A DNA stretch of 64,000 bases, from contig OZ287070.1 of the NCBI GenBank assembly GCA_965645245.1, positions 2,976,001 to 3,040,000 on the forward strand. Reading direction: 5' to 3'. The position numbers and the translations under genes are program-made. Source of the stretch: Massalongia carnosa. Its lineage: Eukaryota. How positions within the stretch are numbered: the stretch's first letter is position 1; every line of letters starts with the position of its first letter. Below are positions 47,161 through 59,258 of this stretch, piece after piece. Below the pieces are notes generated by a model. The model had not been told where the DNA came from. It ran no database searches and was given only the letters and a program-made list of their open reading frames with translations.

Positions 47161-48388
47161 CCTCCATCGGCTGGCGAGCTTTCCGTGGAGGTTTGGCTTT
47201 TCCCGACTTTGCGACGGCGTTCACACTGTGCTTCGGCTCCTTGTCGTCTTTAGGAGGGTTGGGACACTTGTTGGCGTAGTGACCCTGTTCTCCGCAGCGA
47301 TAACATGTCACCTCGTCGGTACTTTCCTTTGTCTCAGCATGCTTTCTTTTCTGACCCGTTTTACCGTCTTTCGTAGGTTTTGGTTTGTCAGTGTCCTTTA
47401 TCTCCTCGTTCCTCTTATCTCTATGTGATTTAGTGCGAGGGGGGTGAGAACCATTTGGACGCTCATGCTTCGACGTCGTTAAGACATCGTTTTCTCTTTT
47501 CTGATTGTTTTCCAGCCTACTGGCCAGAGTCACCAGAGCTTCTCTAGTCCTTGGAATATTCTGATAGTTGCCTATAGCTGCTCTAATAGACGGCCGCAAC
47601 TTAGTAAACAGATGAGTCGCTCTTTGTTCTTCGGTATAGGAGGGCAACTGGTCCTCGAGGCTACTCAAGTGCGCCTCGAAAGCTCTTACCGTTTGCTTCT
47701 CTCCTTGCTTGGCTTCGGCAAATAATTGGGCCATATGCAGACCTCGCTTAACTGGGTCCTCGACAATATTTAACAAGAATTTCAAGTACTCTTCGAAGGT
47801 ATAATTGTGCATTTCACCGTCTGCCTCATATCGATGCCAAGCTTCCTTAGGCTCCCTTTCCAGCGATTGCATTGCGAAAGCGATCTTGGATTCATCATCT
47901 GGGAAGTCCTCTTTTGCCACGCGAAACGCCACTCTGCAGTTCCGCTCATAATCCAGATGTTCCTTGACCGTTTTTCCATGATAGGGACTGACTTTCTCGG
48001 GTCTAGCAGCGCGTCTCCTGTAAACAACAACAGGTACTGACTGGCTACTCGTCATCTCTACATCGTCGTCAGAACGAGGGTTAATGGCTCCTCTCATTAC
48101 CGGTTCCTTGGATGATCCGGTAGGGTTTGGAGGTTTCGAAGGCTTTTGAGTTTGTTCTTGCAGTTGCTCAATACTAGCTTTCAAATTCCTCAGACGTACT
48201 TCCTTCTTAAGTTCGCTACGCCTGCGCTCAGCTTGCGCTATCTGTTCGGCCAACGTCAGGGGTTGAATGGGTTCGACTACTTTTTCCATTGGGGTCAGGG
48301 CTCCTCTTCCAGGGCCCTCAGAATCCGAAAGTTCTTCGATCCGCTCCTCCGGCATCATGGTATCAGAGGCAACTTCTTGCGCGGACAT
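47147..48388 (-). CDS. Gypsy gag
   Basis: 413 aa with CYRCGEQGHYANKC knuckle. GGGAAAC slippery heptamer at 47162-47156. Confidence 0.92.
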   Translation of the reverse strand: MSAQEVASDTMMPEERIEELSDSEGPGRGALTPMEKVVEPIQPLTLAEQIAQAERRRSELKKEVRLRNLKASIEQLQEQTQKPSKPPNPTGSSKEPVMRGAINPRSDDDVEMTSSQSVPVVVYRRRAARPEKVSPYHGKTVKEHLDYERNCRVAFRVAKEDFPDDESKIAFAMQSLEREPKEAWHRYEADGEMHNYTFEEYLKFLLNIVEDPVKRGLHMAQLFAEAKQGEKQTVRAFEAHLSSLEDQLPSYTEEQRATHLFTKLRPSIRAAIGNYQNIPRTREALVTLASRLENNQKRENDVLTTSKHERPNGSHPPRTKSHRDKRNEEIKDTDKPKPTKDGKTGQKRKHAETKESTDEVTCYRCGEQGHYANKCPNPPKDDKEPKHSVNAVAKSGKAKPPRKARQPMEGNYQ

Positions 48389-49071
48389 GGCGGGACGATA
48401 GTGTATAGAAGGTGTATAAATGTGTCAACGGATCGTCACTCCTTGAAGGATAGAACGATTAGAATTGTAAGAGTCAGACCTGGCGATTATCAGACACCAG
48501 GCCTAGGGATATGTGACAATGTGAAGACACTAATGATTTGCTATACTAATATACTAAAAGAAGTATGTAGGTAAAGCGGAAGACTAATCGTTGAAGATTG
48601 CATCTCCCTCGAGCAGCCTCCTTATATACCCGGACCGAAGCCCTTGACCCTCTGGGCCCTTGATACTGTAACTATCTTGGCCGCCTATTACTCCTACCAG
48701 ATAAGCCGGCTAAACACTCTGCTGACTGCATCGTGGACACTGTGCTGACTGTATCGTAGACACTGTGCTGACTGTATCGTGGACACTGTGCTGACTGTAT
48801 CGTACCATCCGCTCACTAATCGTACGAGCATCCTCGTATATCTCGATCGCTCGTACTATACTCTCGGCAGTAGATACCACCCGCGTAACGCAGACCAACT
48901 GCTTTCCATATGACTAAGCCTAGCCGTAGAACTAAGCCCCGCTTAGTTAGCTTAGCCCTTATTCCTTCTATGCCCTGACATTCTGACTCTTATTTCTTTT
49001 ACCTGATCTTTTCTTTTAATCCTATTTATGCTTTGGTCTTTTTTTTTCATTCTCAAATTTTATTATATTTA

Positions 49072-51785
49072 GGGTACGGATAGAAGCACACCCCTTTGGT
49101 TACCCACACACCCCCCTCGGTTACCCACACACCCCCGGTGGTTACCCACACACCCAACCCTAAAGTAGCTTAAGTTTGAAAAGTTTCTTCGGCCACTTTC
49201 CCTTATCGGGTGACCATCTTTCCTAACTAGGGAATTTTGATCCTGCATCTTCATTCTGCGTTTTCCCTGCATTGATACCCCGCATTACTGACGCCACGTC
49301 GTCATCATGAGTTTTCGTCCTCCAGAAGATGGACAATCCTTCGAATCACTGGATGACCTTGTTATTCGTGTTAATGAGCATGCCGCCCCACAAGGATATG
49401 CCATCGTGTTAAGCCGGACCAAGAAATCGAAACTCGGAATAAGAAGAAAGGCCTGGTTTATTTGTGATCGAGGAGGAAAGCCCCGAGGTCCTCAGGGACA
49501 GGAAAGACGTCATACCAGCAGTAGATGCATAGAATGTCCGTTTCTTCTGACTGCCAAGCGAATGGAAGAAGATGGAGGTGCCTGGATTCTGGAGGTGGTA
49601 AATGAGGAACATAATCATTCGTCCAGTCTCGCTGGCGCCCATCCGGTTCATAGAAGAATGGCGATGACAGCAGAAGTGAAAAGTGAGATATCTCGTCAAT
49701 TAACAGTGCAAGTAGCACCTTCCAAAGTTTTATCTAGTCTTCGCATTCCTGATCCCACTTTGGGATCAGTCAACACGGACGATCCGGCCGATCCTCAGAT
49801 TATTAATCCTCTTTTCAAACCTCGAGATATCTATAATCACAAAGCTCAGATGCGTCGCGACATTCTGGGACCGCTTATCCCCGTGCAGGCATTGATTCAA
49901 GAGTTGGATCGAGGGCATTGGACATACCACATGCAGAAAGATGAGCTGAATCGCATCACTCATCTCTTCTTCGTCAGAGAAAGCTCCCAAACTCTTCTGA
50001 AGACAAACTATGAGGTGTTGGTAATAGACTGCACCTACAAGACAAATCGATATCGCATGCCTCTTCTTTTTGTAAGTGGTCAGACCAGTCTGCATACAAA
50101 TTTCTATGTGGCTTTCTGTTTCATGGCATCAGAAACCACCGCCGATTACACGTGGGTATTGTCTCATCTGAAGGCGTTGTATTTGCAACTCGAACTTCCT
50201 GATCCAGTCGTTATCGTCACTGATATGGAACGTGCTTTGATGTCCGCTATTGATCAGACTTTTCCGAACACTAATCATCCTCTTTGCATTTGGCACATCA
50301 ACAACAACATCGTAGCCAGTTGTAAGAAAAGCTTTGATACCAAAGAAGCATGGGATGCCTTCTTTGCTGAATGGAAATCCATCGTATACGCCACTACCGA
50401 ACCGGAATTCTGGCAACTATGGGGGCGGTTTTGTGGTACGATTCCTGGAAATTGCGTGGAGTATATCACCTCAACTTATTTGTCTTTTCGGCATCATTTC
50501 GTCAAAGGCTACACTGACAAGATGTTGCATTTTGATACCACGACGACATCTCGAGGTGAAGGCGGTCATGCAGTTTTGAAACGTCAGCTGGGATCATCGA
50601 CAGGAGATCTGAAGACGGTGGTGGATGGCATCAACTTACTATTGATCAATGAACTTCACAACTATCTTATTACATTCAACGAAGCCAGAGACCGACTTCC
50701 CATGGATCTTCGAAAACCAGTGTTTCAGCGATTAACCGGATTCGTCACCCCTCATGCCCTACGAATGATGCTTCTTCAGTACAATCTTGTGGTCGGACGA
50801 CCCATAGTATTGGGGCCTTGCACCCATGCTTACACCATCACAACTGGACTTCCATGTAGTCATAAAATCCAGGAAAGGTTATATGAGGAAGGAAGTCTGT
50901 TGATTGAAGACGTTCATCCACATTGGAGGTAGGTTATTGGATACATTCAGAGTTTCCCTGCGATTACTAACTATTGTAGGTTTCAGAGAACCATGCCTGC
51001 CAATACGAGGAATGAATTACTATTGGTGCAAGAACCGGAGATGGCAAGAACTCGAGGATGTCCTCAAGGAGCTGAGAATCTCAACAGAAGGACCATAGCA
51101 TTTGAGGCCTCTACCAATCGAGTACCTTCTCAATTCGAACGTGTCGAGATGGAGACAGCTGGGATAAACGAGATAGTCGATCCAGAGGTGGAACGTGTTA
51201 TACAAAGAGCCGATCCAGCACCCGGAAAACGAGGAAGGCCACGAGGTCGACCCCGAGATGTAGGAAAAGGGGCGGAACAAGGTGGAAGAAAGAAACAACC
51301 GAAATCAGCTGGCATGGGAGGACAATCAGAATTAGCTGGCACAGGGGGACAATCAGAATTAGCTGGCACGGGGGGATAATCAGAATTAGCTGGCACGGGG
51401 GGATAATCAGAATCAGCTGGCACGGGATACAGGCCACAGGCGGAGTAGCTAGGCTGCAAAAAGACTGGTCTAATCAAATCGTGGTCTGATTGACGAAGAT
51501 GGTCTCAATCGACTCCGTTTGAAAAAGTTGGGTCAGAGCTGGCAAGGGGTGTACAGCTAGGCACGTGCCAGGTGATTAAGTAAAATATTACAGAGTAGGT
51601 TGTGGGGAAAAGTTTAACGGCTTAACCTAGTTAGGAAAGGTGGTCAGCCAATAAGGGAAAGTGGCCGAAGAAACTTTTCAAACTTAAGCTACTTTAGGGT
51701 AGGGTGTGTGGGTAACCACCGGGGGTGTGTGGGTAACCGAGGGGGGTGTGTGGGTAACCAAAGGGGTGTGCTTCTATCCGTACCC
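49072..51785 (+). mobile_element. Mutator-like (MULE) DNA transposon
   Basis: ~160-bp TIRs starting GGGTACGGATAGAAGCAC with GGTTACCCACACACCC subrepeats. No matching TSD. Confidence 0.93.
49307..51379 (+). CDS. MULE transposase (FAR1-like N-domain, DDE, Cys/His motif, AT-hook)
   Basis: IDCTYKTNRYRMPL, VTDMERALM, LCIWHI, TTSRGEGGH and GLPCSH. Intron 50929-50979. KRGRPRGRP followed by 27-bp repeats. Confidence 0.9.
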
Positions 51786-51826
51786 TAAATCAAATAGCCC
51801 TAACTCCCTCAGCGACTATTGCGGAA

Positions 51827-54800
51827 GTGGCAGCGATGGATCACTATATTCGCGCCTTTACACCGTCGCGTTCAATTGGCTCGGTCGGACTTTCCTCTCT
51901 AAGGTTCTCTCGAAAATTCGACATATATACAATCAATCAAAACAGAGTGTTCGGCAAGCGGAGTACGGTGAGAGTTGACACGGCGTATAAGCGGAAAGCG
52001 GTAAAAGTTCGACCAGTGAATTCTGACCAGTCGGATGGCACCATACCTGGTGGAATGGCAGATTGGAAAGCGAAGGCGCTAGAGAAAGAGAGAGGTCTAC
52101 CAAAGTCAGAAAAGTTTCCTGATTGGCTGATTCCAAAGTTCTCGACAATATTCAAAGGTTCACGATTGACACCGGAACGGCTGCAGCGAATGACAGTGGG
52201 CGACAGTATGACGTCTGCTGAGAAAGAAGTGTTGACCCAGATGTTATACAACCGAGAAGCAGCGCTGTCATGGGAGTTTTCCGAGATGGGCAGAGTCAAA
52301 CCTGAGGTGTCTCCACCATGTAAAATCAACACCATTCCACATGAGGCATGGCAGACCCCATCATTCCCATTGCCAAGGGCCCTGGTACCGATGGTGATAG
52401 AGATGCTGAAGGACCGACTGCAGCGAGGAACGTTGGAACCTTGTCATGGTCCCTATCGAAATCCATGGTTCATAGTGAAGAAGAAAGAGAAAAATAAGTA
52501 CCGATTAATTAATGCGGCCCTAGACATGAACAAAGTGACCATCCGAGACGCAAATCTGCCACCTTCGGTAGACGAATTCTCAGAGGACTTTGCTGGCTGC
52601 CACATCGCTTCCTTGATCGACTTGTTTTCAGGATATGACCAAATGGAACTCGATGTTCATAGTCGAGACATGACCGCCTTCATGACACCAATAGGACTAT
52701 TGCGAATGACATCTATACCAATGGGAGCTACCAATTCGGTTGCACAGTTCGTACGGGTAGTGACAAAGATACTGCAGGACCACATTGCGAACCGTGCTAA
52801 ACCTTTCCTTGATGACATCGGAGTGAAGGGGCCGAAGACTGATTATGGTGGTGAAGAAGTGGCACCGGGCATCAGAAAGTACGTGCTTGAACATCTCATG
52901 TGGCTAGATGGGGTACTCGCGGACATAGAAAGGGCTGGATGCACTATCTCCGGAGAAAAGTCGCAATTTTGCATGGCCGGTCTGAAGATAGTAGGATTTG
53001 TGACCGACTCCGATGGTAGACATCCGGACACCGCTAAGGTTATCAAAATTCTAGAGTGGCCGATATGCACCGACGCTTCTTCCGCTCGTGCTTTTATAGG
53101 TGTGTGTGTGTACTATCGCATATGGATATTGGACTTTGCCATTGTTGCTGAACCAATATATCGTCTGCTGAAGAAAGATACTGCTTTTGTATGGGGCATG
53201 GAACAAACCGAGGCAATGGACTTGCTGAAGATAGCTCTGACATCTCCGCCAGCACTAAAGACCATTGACTATAGCGAGCTAGCTGGACTTATCATATTGG
53301 CTGTGGATGCGAGTTTGAAAGGATGGGGCGCTGTACTGATGCAAATCTTTGATGGCAAGCGTCACCCCATTCGGTACGAAAGCGGAGTATGGAGCGAGGT
53401 GGAACAGCGATATGATGCAACCAAGCGAGAGTGTCGAGGCGTTCTAAAGGCATTGAAAAAGACAAGGCACTGGCTATATGGAGTTCACTTTGTGTTGGAG
53501 ACAGACGCCAACGTCCTAGTGGCGCAATTGAATGGAGCTTGTACCGATTTGCCTGGTGCTCTGATAGTCCGATGGATAGCATGGATACGACTGTTTGACT
53601 TCGAGGTCAAACATGTTGCTGGCCGAAAACATACGGCAGCAGATGGACTGTCTAGACGACCTCATACTGAGGAAGAAATTCGGGCCGAACAGCAGGAGCA
53701 AGACATAGACGACTTCATAGATGCCGAACTGAATTCACTAAGGGCCTGTCCAATTTCCGTTAACTCCGCAGACGAGGTGCCAGACGAAAAAGTGCTAAAG
53801 GCCGGATATAGTGATAAGTCCGAGAGAATCGCTGCATTTCTAACATCACTACAAAAGCCGGTTGGACTAAACCGCAAAGACTTTAGGGCGTTTAAGAGCG
53901 AGGCCTTGCGCTATCGAGTACAAGATGGCCATCTTTATAGACGAAACAGCAAGAACGTACCTTCCAGGCGAGTGATAGACTCTGATGAGCGGAAGTTGGA
54001 AATATTGAAACAGCTACATGACGAAAGTGGACATAGAGGCAGAGAGGGCACATACAGACGCATAGCAGACAGGTACTGGTGGGAACAATTGCACGATGAT
54101 GTAAAAGGCTATGTTCGGTCCTGCGAGGAATGTCAGAAACGTGACCCCACTAGGCTCGAGGAAGCACTTCATCCGACATGGGTTACCTTCATGTGGCAGA
54201 AGGTTGGCTTAGACGTGGTCCACATGCCAGCTTGTCGAGGCAAGCACTATATTGTTATGGCCAGAGATGACTTTTCCGGATGGGTCGAGGGTAGAGCACT
54301 AGGAAAAGCTACCGCTCAGAATGTCGCGAGATTCTTGTGGGAAGATGTTATATGCAGACAAGGGTGCTTCGGAAAACTGATTGTTGATGGTGGACCAGAA
54401 AACAAAGATGCTGTTATCGAATTAGCAAATCGATATGGTATCAAAAGAGTAGTTGTTTCTGCCTATCATCCGCAAGCCAATGGCATGATAGAACGGGGAC
54501 ATCGGCCAGTTGTTCAAGCATTATCCAAAATGACAAATGGAGGCATGGGCAAATGGGTTGATAATCTTCCTGCAGTACTATGGGCCGACCGGACAACAGT
54601 TCATGCTAGCACCGGCAACACACCTTTCTATCTGAATAGCGGCAATGAGGCTGTTCTACCAATTGAACTGGAAATTCCAACATGGAGAATATTACCATGG
54701 AATGAAGTTCATACAACAGACGAATTGCTAGCTATGCGTGCGAGACAAATACAGCGAAGGGACGAAGACATGGAAGAGACAGCTTTATTCCTGCAAAGAC

Positions 54801-55231
54801 AAAGAATGGAAGGCAAAGAGACCCTTGACACTCTGAACAATCTGAGATCAATTGAACTCACCGAGGGTCAATTAATTCTTTTGCACGACACTAAATTAGA
54901 CAATCAGCACACAGGCAAACTAACTTTCAGGTAGTTAGGACCATATAAAATTCAACAAACAATTGTTGATAAGGGAACTTACAAACTATGTGAACTAGAC
55001 GGCACCCTATTAGCTGGAACCTTTGCAGGAAATCGACTGAAACCATTTCATGCTCGGCAAAATATTAACTTACCTCCGATAGAAGAACCTGAGCAACATA
55101 ATAGTCAGGGGCCGACTATAAACCATGGGGGGGACGAGGACGACCGACAGTCCATGATTCCACCTGGCTGGCCAATGGCAGTAGTGATTCCTAGCAGACG
55201 TGCTGATGCGATGGAGACGGTAGAAAATTGA
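51827..55231 (+). pseudogene. Gypsy pol (RT, RNase H, integrase)
   Basis: IDLFSGYDQ, PFLDD, VDAS..GWGAVL, H..GH..C..C and YHPQANGMIERGH. TAG at 54932-54934 in place of W before LGPYKI. Confidence 0.92.
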
Positions 55232-55588
55232 CATATCCGACTACCTATATCGAACGAATTTCCTTAGTAAAATGCATATTGTCAGCGGAGGAAGCACACG
55301 AACCTTCGGAATAGTTTCATTTCAGACTTACCAAAATTCACCGAAAACTTCACCAACCTTAGTCGAAATTGCCATCTTCCGAATCCTCACCTCCATGTTT
55401 TACCTTTTCCATACTACCAGAACTCAGCAAATTATCTAGCTTTTACTACCTACCTGATCAGCACATATACTATCTTCCTATCAGCAAACATCTCTGCTAA
55501 GCTCAACTTCTTATCTAAGCGAAAGTCAGCAAGCTACTCGATAACTTGGAACAATTTATCTTACCTTACTTGCCTTACATCTTTTGGC

Positions 55589-56104
55589 ATGTCTTTCCAA
55601 TTAGTCATTGTCCTAGGAAATGACCGCTTCCACCACATGACAGACGCACTAGCTTTTCTTGAGACATTGACCCCAGCAGACCGATACGAGGGACAGAGGA
55701 CCATAGAATCGCAGCTAATAGAGTTCCAGCATATGCTAGGGGATAGCATAGTGGACTATTATGACTATGTCATACAGAATGATGCCTGGGCCTCGGTGAT
55801 GAAAGAAGAAGAGTTCAAAGCTCAACGAGAAGATGTTATTGAGGAGGTGGATATGGCCCAACTGTCACGGGCAGTTGGAGAATGGAGGAATCGGACACTA
55901 AAGGAGGCCATTATTATGTTTCAGCATGTGAAGAAAGCAGAGGAAGAGGACTTTGGGACTAGGTCATCTTTTCGGTTAAAGCGAGAGTCACATGGCAGGC
56001 CTATTCCTCACATCTCTGATGACAGTGATACGACTCCGGGACCCGAGCTGGATGAGGAGGAGTTAGTGTTTGCTGAGGCCGGAATGAAGCGAACGCTGGA
56101 GTAG
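55589..56104 (+). CDS. Hypothetical accessory ORF within the Gypsy 3' region
   Basis: 171-aa acidic ATG-initiated ORF between pol and the PPT. Confidence 0.55.
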   Translation: MSFQLVIVLGNDRFHHMTDALAFLETLTPADRYEGQRTIESQLIEFQHMLGDSIVDYYDYVIQNDAWASVMKEEEFKAQREDVIEEVDMAQLSRAVGEWRNRTLKEAIIMFQHVKKAEEEDFGTRSSFRLKRESHGRPIPHISDDSDTTPGPELDEEELVFAEAGMKRTLE

Positions 56105-58013
56105 GAACAGTGATAGGTGTCAGGGGTCGACACCTAAAGAGAGAGGGGAACTATGTAGGGGGGTGGAGCGGTGATACTCTAAATTCAAATTGCTAGCGGT
56201 TCGGGAGTTGGTTCTTTTCGGCTGATACTCGGTAAAAGTAGCGGGGAAGTCAGGTGACAGTTTTCTTTTAGTTTAGTTATAGATAGTTCTTTTCCTTTTA
56301 GAGCAAGCATGCTCGTAGCAATAGCTACAACACATAGCATCAACACATACAGTTCACAGGCACGAGGCATCAGGCACGAGGCGCGAGACTTACAGTGATC
56401 AGTCTAGCTATTGCTCTTATTCTATTGTTCTGTTCTTCTCTTGTTTGTTTGTTCTCTTGCACTCCTAGCAGTAGTGGACCACGCACACCACCCAGTTCAT
56501 CCTTCCACAGCACGATCAATGTAAGAACCACTATCCAGGGAAGACGAATAGTAGTCAGCTACCTAAGAGACTAAGCATGAAGAAGAGAAATCTATCTACA
56601 AAGAAGAATGTGAAATCTATATGCCCGTTTGCCCTTCTTCTCGAAGTTTTAATCCGGCTCTAGAAGCTTATCTCCGAAGCTTCGGTCGGAAAGAGCCGTT
56701 GGATTATAGCGCTCCCACACCCGAGTCCTGACACTACCCCTCCACGCTGGGGACAAAAAAAAAACTACACCAAAATTTAACCGGGCTCAACTCCCCACCA
56801 AAACACAAGCAATTTACATACGATTTTGATGGGATAATTATCATTATTATGAATTCTAAACATATCGAGACTCCTACCAAAGCTAAAATTCAGGGAGCCG
56901 TTGAATTTTGCGAAAAGCAAGGCATTTCTTATCACAAAGAGGATGTTTTTCGCACATTTGATGTGGAACGTACGAGGGGCTATGCATACCTGCGTGAAGG
57001 AGCCTCATCACGCCGTCATCATAATAATTCCGATGTTTCTGAAGCTCGTGGGCGTCACAAAATTGTTACGCCTAAATTGATTAGAGAAATGGAACGGCTA
57101 TTGGAAGAAGAAGGTATGGAGGCGCGCGCTCTTACATGGGAGCAATTGGGCTTCGAAGTAGGCCTAGACTGCAGTGGCAAAACCATTCAACGAATCATGG
57201 GCACCATGGATTATCACAAATGCATTGCGTGCAGAAAGGGATGGGTGAACGAGAAGACAAGAAAGCTTCGTATGAAGTGGTCAGATGCTATGCTTTCTAG
57301 ATATCCAAATGCAGAAGACTGGAAACAAGTTCGATTTAGTGACGAAGTGCACTTTGGATGGGGACCTCAGGGCAAATTACGCATCATACGAAGATTAGAT
57401 GAACGTTATTGTCATGATTGTATTCAAGAAGCAGATGAACCAGACGAGGCCGTCAAGAAGAGACATCACTGTTGGGCTGCTGCAGGTCATGACTTCAAGT
57501 CAGATATCTACTTTTACAGAGTTCCTGGAAACTCCAATGGAAAGATGAGTCAACGAGTCTATATCGACTCTATATTGGAGCCTATTGTGAAGCCCTAGAT
57601 TGAAGCAAAACACGATTTCGTCTTAGAAGAAGACGGTGATTCTGGACATGGACCAGGCAAATCAAACATTGTACGCACTTGGAAGCAGAACAACTGTCAT
57701 GGTGTGAGCGCGAGATGCTCTGCTAAGCGATACCTCCCGACACGCTAAATGTTTTAGGTATCGCGTTAGCCTTAGTGGGGAGCTAACCGCATTCAGGTAA
57801 GGAAATGGGTTCCGGGAGTTACATGGAAAATCTCTGCAGCAATTGATGCTTTCTTCCTTGTGTTCGTCTTGTCTATCTAGTATAGTCATAGCTAGCAATG
57901 CCACCACCTTCACCACCTGAATAGGCCCCCCCGTTGCCGCCTCGTCACATTACGAACACCTCACCCGTGTTCAGGTGGTGCTCCGTTCCTCGTTTCTCAT
58001 TCACCTCTTTAGT

Positions 58014-59258
58014 ATGGCTTCCAGTTCCTCGTCCAAGATAGCCACGCCCCGTTCCGAATCAAGTCCTGGCCTTTCCCCCCCAAGCTTCGATGACGAGGAT
58101 TCTCTCGCCCCTCATGTTGCATCTATTGAGGCCTGGAGTCAATCGGTCCAAAAATTCCCTCATGAATGGTATCATCAGGCCATTCAGTCCGCCAACCGAT
58201 CAGCGACCCTTCAGGGCTTTCTAACGGAAAAATCAAATCAGTATGACTTTCTGGAAGCTGAGCATAATAATATCCGTAGCCAGTTGCAGACCTCCAATAA
58301 CGAGAACATCGCCTCTCGAGCCACCATCGCCAGCCTCCGTCAGCAGATCAGTGACCATCATCATCAACCCACCGCCCAGCGCGAGGCGCGCTCAGAGAAA
58401 TTGCCGGACATCCCGAAGTTCTCGGGCAAGAAGGACGAGTTGCGCGAGTGGGTCACCCAGCTTAACCTGAAGCTCTTTGTGAATCAAGACCGTTTCACGA
58501 ATCCCAAAGCCGGCCTTCTGTACGCCATCAGCCGCTTAGAGGGTCGTGCCATGGCGCAAGTGCAACCCTACGTCAAGTCTCACAACGAAGTGAGTATCCC
58601 CGATGTGGCAGGGTTATTGGCTATGTTGGAGAGGGCCTTTGGGGACCCGGACAAAAAGGCCACGGCACAGCGGGAACTGCGGTCCCTGCGCCAGGCCAAT
58701 AAGGAATTCCATGTCTACCTCTCGGACTTCCAGCGTATTGCCCCGGATACCAATTTCGACGAGGAGGCAATGCGCTCAGCTCTGCTGGAAGGCATCAGTG
58801 ACGAGCTGAAGCAGCTCATGGTTACCCAAATCACTCCCGAGGACCTCGACGAACTGGTGACCCTCCTCCAACGGCTAGACACCCGCCAACGGAATGTCAA
58901 TGCTTCCCTCCGGAAGCCATACCCCCCCCGGTCCGCCCCACCTTCTTCTGGTGTGGGGACCCCCCCTCATAACCCCCTGTCGGGAGGAGTCGCCCTCCCC
59001 CGATCCGTCTCTTCTTCCGCCGCCTCCCCGTCTCCCCTTCCGGCCGCCGAGCCAATGGACCTCTCCGCCACACACAGAGGTAAGTTACCTCAAGCAGAAG
59101 TCACCCGTCGGATGAACGAAGGGTTGTGCCGCTACTGTGGGGGGTCAGGACATTTTGCGGCCGTCTGCCCTCGAAAGGGAGAAACCAAGCCGCGAACCTC
59201 TCGGCTGAACGAGTCCTCTCTAGCTGAGGTCTCGGAAAACGCGTCGTCTTCGGGCTAA
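58014..59258 (+). CDS. Gypsy gag
   Basis: EKLPDIPKFSG, LRQANKEF and CRYCGGSGHFAAVC. Confidence 0.93.
   Translation: MASSSSSKIATPRSESSPGLSPPSFDDEDSLAPHVASIEAWSQSVQKFPHEWYHQAIQSANRSATLQGFLTEKSNQYDFLEAEHNNIRSQLQTSNNENIASRATIASLRQQISDHHHQPTAQREARSEKLPDIPKFSGKKDELREWVTQLNLKLFVNQDRFTNPKAGLLYAISRLEGRAMAQVQPYVKSHNEVSIPDVAGLLAMLERAFGDPDKKATAQRELRSLRQANKEFHVYLSDFQRIAPDTNFDEEAMRSALLEGISDELKQLMVTQITPEDLDELVTLLQRLDTRQRNVNASLRKPYPPRSAPPSSGVGTPPHNPLSGGVALPRSVSSSAASPSPLPAAEPMDLSATHRGKLPQAEVTRRMNEGLCRYCGGSGHFAAVCPRKGETKPRTSRLNESSLAEVSENASSSG

Larger units (their letters stand above)
40701..48980 (-). mobile_element. Ty3/Gypsy chromovirus with a pogo insertion
   Basis: 515-bp LTRs at 40701-41215 and 48466-48980 (5 transitions seen; internal 23-bp tandem repeats). 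PPT AGGAGAGGAGG. gag-PR-RT-RH-INT-chromodomain order. Confidence 0.95.
51786..56733 (+). mobile_element. Ty3/Gypsy element, 5'-truncated, with extra ORF and 3' LTR
   Basis: Pol RT-RH-INT, PPT AAAGAGAGAGGGGAA, and probable LTR 56154-56733 (TGTAGGGG...CTGACA). No partner LTR in the window. Confidence 0.85.
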
